Shown one piece after another: positions 29,499-41,375 of a stretch of 64,000 nucleotides of DNA. Under the pieces are notes generated by a model, which had not been told where the DNA came from, made no database searches, and saw only the letters and a program-made list of their open reading frames with translations. Source of the stretch: Patescibacteria group bacterium (GTDB lineage Bacteria > Patescibacteriota > Microgenomatia > UBA1400 > PJMF01); the NCBI GenBank assembly GCA_049322655.1, contig JBMORP010000002.1, positions 107,714 to 171,713 of the forward strand. The letters are read 5' to 3'. The first letter of the stretch is position 1; each line of letters starts with the position of its first letter. Made by a program: the position numbers and the translations under genes.

Positions 29499-30004
29499 CC
29501 TCCAGGACTAAACCTACCTTCTCGATAAAGAGTAAAAGCATAACTGTGACTGTCATTAGTCACTGTAATTTCCTGACTGGCCACCCCTCCGGGTAAATCA
29601 ACTCCAGCATGAAGCACCCTAAAGGTGACATCTAGGTTGGGAGAAATAACCACTCCCTCAGCCAGCTGGTACTCGGTGGCACTGTTGGCTGTTCCTGTAA
29701 CACAGTCAGCTTGTAAGAAAAGAGTGGTCACATTACCACTTTGAGCTGAAGTCACTTTATAACCATTCAACTGTTCACAACCATTTAAGTTGCCAGCATT
29801 AGCCTCTGATGAAGCTCGTTGAAAAATGGTTTTGAGTTCATCAACGGCATCATTCACGTTCCTTTGGTCTAAATAATCAAGGAAAAAAGCAATTGCTCCA
29901 CTCAGCAACACTAAAGTAATTGCCACTGTGACCAACAATTCAATCAGGGTAAAGCCAAGCTGTCGATAGAGGTGGCCAAAATTATTATTATATGTTTTTA
30001 ACAC
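29489..30004 (-). CDS. type IV prepilin-like minor pilin
   Basis: QLG|FTLIELLVTVAITLVLL. Confidence 0.7.
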   Translation of the reverse strand: MLKTYNNNFGHLYRQLGFTLIELLVTVAITLVLLSGAIAFFLDYLDQRNVNDAVDELKTIFQRASSEANAGNLNGCEQLNGYKVTSAQSGNVTTLFLQADCVTGTANSATEYQLAEGVVISPNLDVTFRVLHAGVDLPGGVASQEITVTNDSHSYAFTLYREGRFSPGGWL

Positions 30005-30010
30005 TGTAGT

Positions 30011-30415
30011 TTAAGGATTTTGTACCGAATAAATAGTATCATCTGGTTCTAAAGTAGCTTCCAAAGTAAAACCAGCAGCCTCTGTAGAGTTACAGGTTCC
30101 AGATGGAGTATAGGTGTAAAGGGGGTTGGTCTCTGAGCCCAGTGGATCAAAAGGAATATCAGTAGTATAGGCACTAATAGTTGACAACATTTCTAAATAA
30201 CTGGCCGAAGACGGATAACAGCCGTTATCACTTCGATACAAAACCAGTTGTTGTCTAACAGATTGTAAGTCAGTTTTTCTTTTGGCATTGCGACTACTCT
30301 GGGTGGCTTGACGATAACTAATCAAGGCAATCGTCGTCAAAATAATCATAATGGTTGCCACTACTAACAACTCAATCATCGAAAAACCAGCAGTTAAAAT
30401 GTTTTTTTTCTTCAT
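30011..30415 (-). CDS. type IV pilin/pseudopilin
   Basis: MKKKNILTAG|FSMIELLVV. Confidence 0.75.
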   Translation of the reverse strand: MKKKNILTAGFSMIELLVVATIMIILTTIALISYRQATQSSRNAKRKTDLQSVRQQLVLYRSDNGCYPSSASYLEMLSTISAYTTDIPFDPLGSETNPLYTYTPSGTCNSTEAAGFTLEATLEPDDTIYSVQNP

Positions 30416-30846
30416 TGTAAGTTAGTTAAACAATAATAAGTTCCTGCTGATGTAAAGTTACAGGTACTAGCAGTCGGAATATCAGCATTTCCAGAACTAC
30501 TTTCCATGTTGGCACAAATACAATAGCTATCAGCAGCACACCCCGTTGAAGTATTGTAAACATAATCGCCAGAGTTCTTGGGATCTGCAGGCAAACCTCC
30601 AGGCATTAAAGCCCCAGAACCATCATCATAGGTTGCCATCGTACTACAATCAGCATAACTATTATTGGCAGCCTTATACTGTTCAAAAGCATCTTGCATG
30701 GCTTTAACATCACCTCTTCTTCTTGAATCACGACCTTTTTTCTGGACCGTAGTAAAAGCCACTGTTCCCAGAGCAATTAGAATCCCAATGATTGAGATAA
30801 CTACCAATAACTCTAATAAACTAAAACCGGCTTGTTTTTTTTTCAT
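30412..30846 (-). CDS. type IV pilin/pseudopilin
   Basis: MKKKQAG|FSLLELLVVISIIGILIAL, with C-terminal Cys residues. Confidence 0.75.
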   Translation of the reverse strand: MKKKQAGFSLLELLVVISIIGILIALGTVAFTTVQKKGRDSRRRGDVKAMQDAFEQYKAANNSYADCSTMATYDDGSGALMPGGLPADPKNSGDYVYNTSTGCAADSYCICANMESSSGNADIPTASTCNFTSAGTYYCLTNLQ

Positions 30847-30850
30847 AATG

Positions 30851-31885
30851 TTAATTTCTGACTTGGACCTGTATTTTTGCTACTCCATCCAAACTACTCA
30901 TTACGCCAAATTTAGTAGTTGCTTGAATGGTGACGTTATAAACACAGATTGCTTTTCTTTCACAAGTATAAGTATGCCCCGTTCTCCCATGCAAGTCCAG
31001 TAATTTCTCCGAAGTCCCATCACCAAAAGAAATGATAATTTCTGCCACTTCATCGGTAGTAGTTTCTTGTTGAGTATATTTATTTAAAATATTTAATAAT
31101 TTTTCATCCCACCTGAGTTGGTCTGCCTCTGCTTCAAAAAGATTTTCTCTAGCAAAAACATCACCTTTCACATCACTAATCGTATAAATAAACTCAATAA
31201 AATCACCAGATTGTAAACTTACCACTTTGGAATCATCTCCCGTTGGTTCAGAATTGAAGGTTAAAACCACTGGCTTTTCTACACAACTGGCGTAACAAGA
31301 CTTGGGACAATCCAGGGCGTTGGGTTGATAAAAATCTTGACCAGCTTGATAATCATCACCGCAACAAACATAACCATAACCACTACAAACAGTAGCCGGT
31401 CCTTCATTAAGAATGACATCTAACTCATTTATTTTGGAAGAGGCCACAAATAATACATTTTCTTCTTCATACACCACTCCAGCTCGGCCAAAAATACCCA
31501 CCTCAACACCATGTCCACTTTGACCTTGAACCAAACCCGATTGACCAGCGGCTCTTCTAACCAGAGGGGGCAAGGTTTTATTCTTAATGACTTTTCTAAC
31601 TGATTCTGATGCTTTACAAACGCTCTCCAGCACATACTCACTATCAGAGATAAATCTAATTTGATTTCTGACCATAGAGCCCTCATCAACAAAAGAGCCT
31701 CCACTATATTCAAGACACTCTTTGAAAAACTCTCCACCAGTAGAGGATTGAGCCAAAAACTTCATATCTCCCTTGAGTTGGCTCAAAGCAGCTGATAAAA
31801 GAATTTCTCTACTAATCAAACCACCCACCAAAGCAGTTAAAAACAAGATAACCATTGAAGTAAAAAAAATCTTTAAAACTCTCAT
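30851..31885 (-). CDS. hypothetical membrane-anchored protein with a Cys-rich module, inside the pilus operon
   Basis: N-terminal TM helix. CSGYGYVCCGDDYQAGQDFYQPNALDCPKSCYASC. Overlaps pilD by 4 nt. Confidence 0.4.
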   Translation of the reverse strand: MRVLKIFFTSMVILFLTALVGGLISREILLSAALSQLKGDMKFLAQSSTGGEFFKECLEYSGGSFVDEGSMVRNQIRFISDSEYVLESVCKASESVRKVIKNKTLPPLVRRAAGQSGLVQGQSGHGVEVGIFGRAGVVYEEENVLFVASSKINELDVILNEGPATVCSGYGYVCCGDDYQAGQDFYQPNALDCPKSCYASCVEKPVVLTFNSEPTGDDSKVVSLQSGDFIEFIYTISDVKGDVFARENLFEAEADQLRWDEKLLNILNKYTQQETTTDEVAEIIISFGDGTSEKLLDLHGRTGHTYTCERKAICVYNVTIQATTKFGVMSSLDGVAKIQVQVRN

Positions 31886-32739
31886 AAACCGGCACCTAAT
31901 ATTAGTTTGACATATTCATCCCAAATTTCATATCCCCAGACCAAACTCAAGCCTGCGGCCAACAATAAAAATGGACCAAAAGGCAAAGTTTGACCAAACT
32001 TTCTTTTCTTTAATAAAACCAAAATAATACCAACTATCGCACCAATAACAAATGAAAAAAAAGTAGTAACCACAATTCTTTGCCAAGAACCTAGTAACAA
32101 GCCCAAAGGAACAGCTAATTTAACATCACCAAAGCCAAAACCTTTTCCTTTAGTTACCAGCCACAAACTAAAAAAGAAGCCAGTTAAACAAACTGTGCCA
32201 ATCACAGTTCTAACAAAGTCTAACCACTGCATCTCTCCTGTAATAAGTAAAATGACTCGATATAGCACCACGGCAAAAAGTAACAATAAAACCGACCAAT
32301 TAGGAATAATTTGGTATTTTAGGTCACTAATTAAAATAGCTACAAAAATCGTCAAAACCAACAACCAAAACAACGGCTGAATATAGAGTAGAGGAGCAGC
32401 AGTTAACTTAAAAAAGAGAAAACCCATAGCATACCACCACAAAAATAAGCTACCGGTGAGTAACTCTATCAAAGGATGAATAATATCTATTCTTTTTTTG
32501 CAAGCAGCACAACGACCGCCTAAAAATAAATAAGAAAAAACCGGAATGTTTTCATACCAACGAATTTTATGGCGACAATGTTCACAAACTGATCTAGCTT
32601 TAACCCAATCTTGCTCTCTGATGGAGCGATAAATTAACACATTAAGAAAACTCCCAATCGCCGAGCCAAGAAAAAAAATTAAAAAACCTAAAGCCAGCCA
32701 AAATAAATTCATGTTTTTCAGTATACAACCTAAGACCAA
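31882..32739 (-). CDS. pilD: prepilin peptidase (A24 family)
   Basis: Zn-finger CEHCRHKI...CAACKKRI. Polytopic membrane protein. GFGDVKL catalytic region. Confidence 0.85.
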   Translation of the reverse strand: MVLGCILKNMNLFWLALGFLIFFLGSAIGSFLNVLIYRSIREQDWVKARSVCEHCRHKIRWYENIPVFSYLFLGGRCAACKKRIDIIHPLIELLTGSLFLWWYAMGFLFFKLTAAPLLYIQPLFWLLVLTIFVAILISDLKYQIIPNWSVLLLLFAVVLYRVILLITGEMQWLDFVRTVIGTVCLTGFFFSLWLVTKGKGFGFGDVKLAVPLGLLLGSWQRIVVTTFFSFVIGAIVGIILVLLKKRKFGQTLPFGPFLLLAAGLSLVWGYEIWDEYVKLILGAGL

Positions 32740-32740
32740 A

Positions 32741-32770
32741 AAAAGCGGTCACTAGGACCGCTTTTTTTAT
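32741..32770. terminator. bidirectional intrinsic terminator between the major pilin gene and pilD
   Basis: A-run, then GCGGTC-actag-GACCGC, then T-run. Confidence 0.55.
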
Positions 32771-32784
32771 CTTCAAACAAACTG

Positions 32785-33417
32785 TTACGGCACACAAACA
32801 CAGTTACCAGCAGCACCACACTGAGCAGTGTTACCAATGGCATCAGACGCTGGATAATCAGCTGGATAGTTATCCAAGGTATCATCTCCGTCTGGATCAA
32901 GTCTGGTATCAACCTCTTGAACAAAAGCATTTGATTTGGGAGCAAAACAAGCATAAGTACTACTACCTTGAGAACCACTATTGTAAAGGTACAGATAGTT
33001 ATAAGTTGATTGAGAGACACGCTCAATAAAACTTTGCTTTAACTCATCAGAACCACTACAACCAGCAGTTGAAGCTGTTCCAAGTTTTTCAGCGACTGTA
33101 CAAGTACCACCACTATCAGTAAGGGTAGCATCTTCAAAACGCACCCAAGCCAAAGCTACATTACCTGTATCAGAGGCTCCTGTTTGCCATGGGTAGTAAC
33201 CATTGAAAGCGTAGTAACGATCAATTGCACTGATCAATTGTTCAGCATCAGATCGACTACCAGTATCACGGCCTCTATTGATCTGTTCAATTGGGTTAAT
33301 TGCAGCTAAAACCGCCACCGCCAAAATTCCTAAAATTCCAATCACGATTAACAACTCAATCATGGTAAAACCAGCTTGTTGTTTCATCTGATTGAAGAGC
33401 GAAAATATTTTTTTCAT
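32785..33417 (-). CDS. pilA: type IV major pilin (PilA-like). Start taken at the ATG preceded by AAGGAA.
   Basis: MKKIFSLFNQMKQQAG|FTMIELLIVIGILGILAVAVLAAI. C-terminal Cys pair CGAAGNCVCVP. Shine-Dalgarno-like GTAAGGAAT 4 nt upstream of ATG 33417. Confidence 0.75.
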   Translation of the reverse strand: MKKIFSLFNQMKQQAGFTMIELLIVIGILGILAVAVLAAINPIEQINRGRDTGSRSDAEQLISAIDRYYAFNGYYPWQTGASDTGNVALAWVRFEDATLTDSGGTCTVAEKLGTASTAGCSGSDELKQSFIERVSQSTYNYLYLYNSGSQGSSTYACFAPKSNAFVQEVDTRLDPDGDDTLDNYPADYPASDAIGNTAQCGAAGNCVCVP

Positions 33418-33506
33418 ATTCCTTACATCCCTTCGTGTTTTTACACTGACCTCCACTATAAACTATTTCTTGAGTGGAGCACAAGAGCCTCCTCTATAAT
33501 TTACTA

Positions 33507-34703
33507 CTAGAACTGACTGGTCAAACTGTAGATAGGCATGATAATTGCAATCACCATCGCTCCCACACCAATACCTAGCACCACCATAATTAACGGCTCC
33601 ATAGCCGCGGTGAGATTTTTGACCGCTTGTTCACTTTCCGCTTCAAAATACTTAGACAACTTCAATAAAACCTCATCAATCTTGCCTGTTTCTTCACCCA
33701 CTGACATCATCTGATGCAAGATTGAAGGAAATAAATCAAAGACCGCTACCGCCCTGGCCAAAGAGACTCCTTTTTCTACCTTTTTGGTAATGCCTAACAT
33801 AGCTTCACGATACAAAATACTATCCATCGATTCAGAAACAATTAGTAAACCATTGAGCAGTGGTACCCCTGAACTTAGCAACAAAGACAAAGTTCTAGAA
33901 AAGCTAGTCAAAATAATTTTTTTACGCAAATCACCAATAATCGGGATTTTAAACAAAAACTCATCGATTTTTCTTTGACCAACTTGAGTTTTGTTCCAAC
34001 TTCTAAGCCCAGCGACTGCCCCTCCAACAATCATTAAAATTAACCACCAAAATTTGGACATAAAATTAGCAATCGACATCAGAATCAAAGTTGGCAGAGG
34101 TAGTTCTGCTCCAAAGTCGCTGTACATATCGGTTAATTTGGGAATCACAAACACCATCATCACAAACCCAACTACCAACATCGCAATAAACACAATTGCT
34201 GGATAAATCATCGCTCCCTTGGTTTTGGCCCGGAATTCTTTGTCTTTCTCCAAATTTTCAGCTAATTTGTCCAAGACTTTATCCAAGACGCCACCCAGCT
34301 CACCAGCTTTCACTAACTGAACAAAAATACGATCAAAAACATCTGGTTGTTTTTCCAAAGCTTTGGCAAAAGAGCTACCACTTTCAACCTCTCTTAAAAG
34401 AGTACTAACTACTTCAGCCATAGCTGGATTATTCTGTTCTTTCAAAATATTTAGGCCTGTGGCTAATGGTAAACCAGCATCAATCATCGTTGATAACTGT
34501 CTAGTAAAATTAACTAAGTCTTCATGTTTAACTTTATTGAGAATTTTGGAAATAAACAGTGAGTCACCCAGCGGCACGATGTTTACTACCAGCAAATTTC
34601 TGCTCATCAAAATACCAGCAGCTTGACTTTTGTTTTGTGCCTCAACTTTACCTTTAACGTTTTCTCCGTGCTGGTTTTTGGCTGTATAAGAAAAAACTGG
34701 CAT
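33507..34703 (-). CDS. pilC: type IV pilus platform protein PilC (GspF family)
   Basis: Two GspF-type repeats, three TM segments. Lies between pilT and the pilin gene. Confidence 0.85.
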   Translation of the reverse strand: MPVFSYTAKNQHGENVKGKVEAQNKSQAAGILMSRNLLVVNIVPLGDSLFISKILNKVKHEDLVNFTRQLSTMIDAGLPLATGLNILKEQNNPAMAEVVSTLLREVESGSSFAKALEKQPDVFDRIFVQLVKAGELGGVLDKVLDKLAENLEKDKEFRAKTKGAMIYPAIVFIAMLVVGFVMMVFVIPKLTDMYSDFGAELPLPTLILMSIANFMSKFWWLILMIVGGAVAGLRSWNKTQVGQRKIDEFLFKIPIIGDLRKKIILTSFSRTLSLLLSSGVPLLNGLLIVSESMDSILYREAMLGITKKVEKGVSLARAVAVFDLFPSILHQMMSVGEETGKIDEVLLKLSKYFEAESEQAVKNLTAAMEPLIMVVLGIGVGAMVIAIIMPIYSLTSQF

Positions 34704-34712
34704 AACTATTAA

Positions 34713-35789
34713 CTATTCTCCAATCAACCTAAGTAGTTCTTTCGGCCTAAAGGCTTTTCTTAAGGCTGTTTCTTTATCGATTAAACCTTGTTGAATTAAT
34801 TGAGCCAAGTGCATCTCAAAAAGCATCATTCCCTCTTGGGAAGAGGTCTGAATAACACTATCCAGTTGATGGGTCTTACCATCTCTAATCATGCTTCTAA
34901 CTGCAGAATTAGCAATCATGATTTCCACAGTGGCCATTAAATCTCCATCTACTTTGGTCACTAACCGCTGTGAAACAATAGCCTGGAGAGTTCCGGCTAG
35001 CTGCATTCTAATCTGACTTTGTTGATGAGCCGGAAAAACATCCACAATCCGATCAATGGTTTGAGCAGCGGTCGCAGTGTGCAGAGTCGCAAAGACTAAA
35101 TGACCTGTTTCAGCAATGGTAATGGCTGAAGCAATTGTTTCAAAATCTCTCATTTCACCAATTAACACTACATCTGGATCTTCTCTCAAAGCAGATCTGA
35201 GCGCCATGTCCCATGAATTAGTATCTCGACTTACTTCACGTTGAGAAATGATACTTTTATTTGGGCGGTAAACAAACTCGATCGGATCTTCAATCGTTAA
35301 AATATGCTCAGCTCGAACATGATTAATTTCATCAATCATAGCAGCCAAAGAAGTAGATTTTCCTTCACCAGTGGGACCAGTAATCAGTATCAAGCCCTGC
35401 GGATATTGAGTGAACTGATGAAAAATTGGCGGTAGACCTAGTTCATCTATAGTACTAATTTTGGAAGGAATAAATCTAAAAGCTGCCGATAAATTACCCT
35501 TTTCATGGTAAACGTTAACTCTGAATCTAGCGCCATCATCATGCTGATAACTGAAGTCTAGTTCTTTATTGGTAATAATATATTGACGCTGTTCATCAGT
35601 GACTAATGAAAAAATTAACTCTTGAGCTGTTTCTAGATTTAATAGTTCAATGTTTTTAACAGGATAAAGCTTACCCTGAACACGAATTGTTGGAAGTGAA
35701 CCCACAATTAAATGCAGATCAGATCCTCCCTGAGCAATCAGCAAATCCAAAATTGCCTTCATCATTGGATTCTTAGTAACTTGATTCAT
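34713..35789 (-). CDS. pilT: twitching-motility (retraction) ATPase PilT
   Basis: Walker A TGPTGEGKST. Asp and His boxes. About 358 aa. Confidence 0.85.
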   Translation of the reverse strand: MNQVTKNPMMKAILDLLIAQGGSDLHLIVGSLPTIRVQGKLYPVKNIELLNLETAQELIFSLVTDEQRQYIITNKELDFSYQHDDGARFRVNVYHEKGNLSAAFRFIPSKISTIDELGLPPIFHQFTQYPQGLILITGPTGEGKSTSLAAMIDEINHVRAEHILTIEDPIEFVYRPNKSIISQREVSRDTNSWDMALRSALREDPDVVLIGEMRDFETIASAITIAETGHLVFATLHTATAAQTIDRIVDVFPAHQQSQIRMQLAGTLQAIVSQRLVTKVDGDLMATVEIMIANSAVRSMIRDGKTHQLDSVIQTSSQEGMMLFEMHLAQLIQQGLIDKETALRKAFRPKELLRLIGE

Positions 35790-35794
35790 ATTGT

Positions 35795-37567
35795 TTAAAC
35801 CTCCGCAACTCTCAATACTTCTTCAATCGTGGTAACACCTTCTAATGCTTTAATATAACCATCCTGTTTCATTAATAACATTCCCTTAGCCAAACCCACT
35901 TTTTCTATCTCTGCATCACTTTTCTTTTCCGTAATCATTTTACTGATTTCTTCATCTACTGGTAAAACCTCAAAAATACCGACTCTACCTAAATAGTCCG
36001 GTTCAGTAGCTGGTCGATCTTTAGCAGGACGGTAGAGAATAGGCTTCTCTGGATCTTTTTTGTTCACTTGGCACCATTGTAGGTACCTTTCTCCTAAAAC
36101 AGCCTTGATATCATCTAGGATGGGTTGCTCTGGTTGATATTCTTCACGATAGCTTTCGTTAATTTTTCTAACTACACGTTGGGCCATCACTAAAGTAATG
36201 GTTGAAGCTAGAAGAAAAGACTCAGCTCCCATATCAATTAAACGAGGAATCGCACCAGCAGCTGAGTTAGTGTGTAGAGTAGAGAAGACCAAGTGACCAG
36301 TTAAAGAAGCTTGAATAGCTAGTTCTGCCGTTTCAGTATCACGAATCTCTCCGACCATAATTATATCTGGATCTTGCCTAAGAAAAGAACGTAACCCAGT
36401 GGCAAAGGTCAAACCAGCTTGAGGATTGACTTGAACCTGACTAATACCTGACATTTGATACTCAACCGGATCTTCAATCGTCATAATATTAACTTTAGGA
36501 GTATTAATATCATGAAGCACTGAGTAGAGAGTGGTCGTTTTACCAGAACCAGTCGGACCAGTCACCAAAACAATTCCTCTGGGAACCTTCATTGCATCAG
36601 TTAAATTTTTTAAAGCCAAACCAGATAGTCCTAATTGCTGTAAAGTCGGCACTACGGTGTTTTTCTCCAACAAACGCATCACCACTTTTTCACCATGGAT
36701 CGTGGGCAAAGTAGAGACACGAAGATCGATCTCTTTACTATCAGCCACATAATTAAACCGACCATCCTGAGGAACTCTTCGTTCATCAATCTTTAGGTTA
36801 GCAATAATCTTAATACGAGACACTACTGCATCATGAACAGTTCTGGGTAACACTAATTTCTCAGTCAAAATACCATCAATACGATAACGAACTCTAGTTC
36901 TACCCAATTGGGGCTCGATATGAATATCAGAAGCCCTAGCTTTCAAAGCAAAATCCAATAGCGTTTCAACAATTCTGTTAACCGGAGCGTCTCTGACTAC
37001 TTCCGACTTTAAAGCAGCATTTTGTTGTTTAACCACTCTTTCTGATGTGCCAGTTGTTTGTTCCAAAGCTTGATCAACTTCAGTCGAGATATCTTCAGAA
37101 TAACGTTCTGCTAAGGCTTCCTCCAACTCGGAAGGCACTGCCGCATAAACTTCAACGGTTGCACCAGTCTTTTGCTTCAAAAAACTAGTTGCTGCTAGAT
37201 CCAAAGGATCAACCATTGCTACCTTGAGCAACTTACTGTTTTTATCGTAGGAGAAAGGTAAAACTTTGTAACGTTTAGCCACACTTTCGCCAACCAAAGT
37301 TAAAGCCTCTGGCAAAATACTAGTTTCAGAGATTTTAATAAACGGAATGTTATTGAACTGGGCCTTAGCTTGAGTGAGCTCAATTTCGGTAACCCATTTT
37401 TTTTCTAAAAGAAGTTCTTCATAAGATTTATTTGTTTGGAGTTGTTCATTACGCAACTGACCAACCTGTTCTTGAGTTAGTTTTTGCTCTTGAACAAGCA
37501 CATCCAAAAAATGCTGGGGTGCACTAACAACAGGAGCCGTTGGTGCAGGTTGGACAGGCTCTGACAT
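35795..37567 (-). CDS. pilB: type IV pilus assembly ATPase PilB (GspE family)
   Basis: VTGPTGSGKTTTLYSVL Walker A. N-terminal GSPII_E_N-like domains. 590 aa. Confidence 0.85.
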   Translation of the reverse strand: MSEPVQPAPTAPVVSAPQHFLDVLVQEQKLTQEQVGQLRNEQLQTNKSYEELLLEKKWVTEIELTQAKAQFNNIPFIKISETSILPEALTLVGESVAKRYKVLPFSYDKNSKLLKVAMVDPLDLAATSFLKQKTGATVEVYAAVPSELEEALAERYSEDISTEVDQALEQTTGTSERVVKQQNAALKSEVVRDAPVNRIVETLLDFALKARASDIHIEPQLGRTRVRYRIDGILTEKLVLPRTVHDAVVSRIKIIANLKIDERRVPQDGRFNYVADSKEIDLRVSTLPTIHGEKVVMRLLEKNTVVPTLQQLGLSGLALKNLTDAMKVPRGIVLVTGPTGSGKTTTLYSVLHDINTPKVNIMTIEDPVEYQMSGISQVQVNPQAGLTFATGLRSFLRQDPDIIMVGEIRDTETAELAIQASLTGHLVFSTLHTNSAAGAIPRLIDMGAESFLLASTITLVMAQRVVRKINESYREEYQPEQPILDDIKAVLGERYLQWCQVNKKDPEKPILYRPAKDRPATEPDYLGRVGIFEVLPVDEEISKMITEKKSDAEIEKVGLAKGMLLMKQDGYIKALEGVTTIEEVLRVAEV

Positions 37568-37596
37568 AATTCATAGAATATAATGACACAATACTT

Positions 37597-38283
37597 ATGA
37601 GAAAAAAAGGCTTCGAAACCGACCTTTCTATATCAGTTTTACTAACTGTACCAGATAAAACTAACCACCAAATGATTGCTGAAACATATTTGAGTGCTAG
37701 TTTTCCTGATTTTCAAAAAATTTATCTGAATAAAGAAGAAGAAAATTTGCCAATTTCATTGGTAAGAGACTTAATCAACCAGGCTAGTTTTTCTAGAGCT
37801 AGTCAAGAAAAACTAGCCTATGTACTTTGTGGAGCAGAAAAAGCTAGCCTACCAGCTCAAAATGCTTTACTAAAAATCTTGGAAGAACCACCCCAAAATA
37901 TTTTACTAGTTTTAGTGGCCAGCCAAGGTCATCAATTATTACCAACCATTATTTCCCGTTGCCAAGAAATATCTTTGCTTGCCCCCCAGTCAATATCTGA
38001 AACCTCGGTAGCAGCACACCTACAACAAACCTTGGATTTTTGTTTGCAACCAACTATTTTGCGGTTTTATCAATTGATAGATTTAGCTGAAAATTGGAAA
38101 AAAGATGAGCTAAGAGAAAAAAATTGGTCAGAACTGATAAACTTGCTGTTAGCCAACCCAATAAAGAACAGTTTTATCCTCGAAAAACTTCGAGAAACCC
38201 TTGATTCATTGAAAAAAAATGGTAATGTGAAAGTCGTTATTGAGCACTGTTTATTTGCAATAAAAAAACATTACTTAAACTAG
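37597..38283 (+). CDS. holB: DNA polymerase III delta' subunit-like clamp-loader protein (short)
   Basis: ALLKILEEPP and TIISRCQ (SRC motif). Confidence 0.6.
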   Translation: MRKKGFETDLSISVLLTVPDKTNHQMIAETYLSASFPDFQKIYLNKEEENLPISLVRDLINQASFSRASQEKLAYVLCGAEKASLPAQNALLKILEEPPQNILLVLVASQGHQLLPTIISRCQEISLLAPQSISETSVAAHLQQTLDFCLQPTILRFYQLIDLAENWKKDELREKNWSELINLLLANPIKNSFILEKLRETLDSLKKNGNVKVVIEHCLFAIKKHYLN

Positions 38284-38359
38284 TTATCTATATCAAAAAG
38301 GGTAATTACCAACTTCATTTTCTCTTGAGAATGTGATACAAATAAGGCTCTGAATTTAG

Positions 38360-40381
<2,022 letters not shown>

Positions 40382-40404
40382 TAATAATACTAAAAGGAGT
40401 AAAA

Positions 40405-41352
40405 ATGTCTAAAACCTACGTTATTGGCCATACCAAACCAGATACAGATTCTGTCGTGGCAGCCATGGCGCTCCAATACCTTTACCAGCAACATTCTTGC
40501 TTTGGCCATCAAGAAGTTGAAGCTGTAGTTTCAGATCCATTAAATCCAGAAACTAGTTTTTTATTTAAAAAATTTGGGGTTAAAGCACCCAGAAAAATCA
40601 CAGTTCAAGACATAGAAGAAACAGACAGAGTTGTACTAGTCGATCACAATGAGGAATCACAACGTTTGCCAGGTTTAAACCAAGATCAAATCGTTGAAAT
40701 AGTTGATCACCACAAGGCAAATCTTAATTTTTCCCAACCAATCTTTTTAACTTTTAAAACTTGGGGTTCATCTAACACCATCATTTACTTTATGATGAAA
40801 AAGAATGAGGTTAAACCAGATAAAACTCTGGCTAGCTTAATGTTAGCCGCTATTCTTTCTGACACAGTTGGTTTCAAATCAGCCACTACAACTGACAAAG
40901 ATAAAGAACTTGGCCAAGAACTAGCTCAAATTGCTGGTATTACTAACCTCGACGATTTTGCCCTAGAAATCTTTAAAGCCAAATCAGATATTTCTTCATT
41001 ATCAGATGAAGAAATAGTTAAAAACGACTACAAAGTCTTTGACTTTGGTAAAAAAGTTTTTGTCGATCAAATCGAGACAGTTGAGCAAGACGTCCTGGTT
41101 AGTAATAAAAAATCAGCTTTGTTAACAGCAATGCAGCAAATTAAAACTCAAGAAAAAGTTGATTTATTGTTTGTCGCTGTCACTGACATCTTAAAAGTTA
41201 ATACCAAGTTGTTGATTTTAGGAGACGAAGAAGCCAGCGTAGCAACCACTGCCTTTGGAGGGGAAGTCGTTGACAACATCTTGGATATCGGTCCAAAGAT
41301 GTCTCGTAAAAAAGAAATTGCTCCAGCTCTAGAAAAAACATTAAAACAATAA
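40405..41352 (+). CDS. DHH/DHHA2 family phosphoesterase (family II inorganic pyrophosphatase- or NrnA-like)
   Basis: GHTKPDTDSVVAAMA, LVDHNE, IVDHH motifs. Confidence 0.5.
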   Translation: MSKTYVIGHTKPDTDSVVAAMALQYLYQQHSCFGHQEVEAVVSDPLNPETSFLFKKFGVKAPRKITVQDIEETDRVVLVDHNEESQRLPGLNQDQIVEIVDHHKANLNFSQPIFLTFKTWGSSNTIIYFMMKKNEVKPDKTLASLMLAAILSDTVGFKSATTTDKDKELGQELAQIAGITNLDDFALEIFKAKSDISSLSDEEIVKNDYKVFDFGKKVFVDQIETVEQDVLVSNKKSALLTAMQQIKTQEKVDLLFVAVTDILKVNTKLLILGDEEASVATTAFGGEVVDNILDIGPKMSRKKEIAPALEKTLKQ

Positions 41353-41375
41353 CTAAATAAAGAAACAAGTTACGT

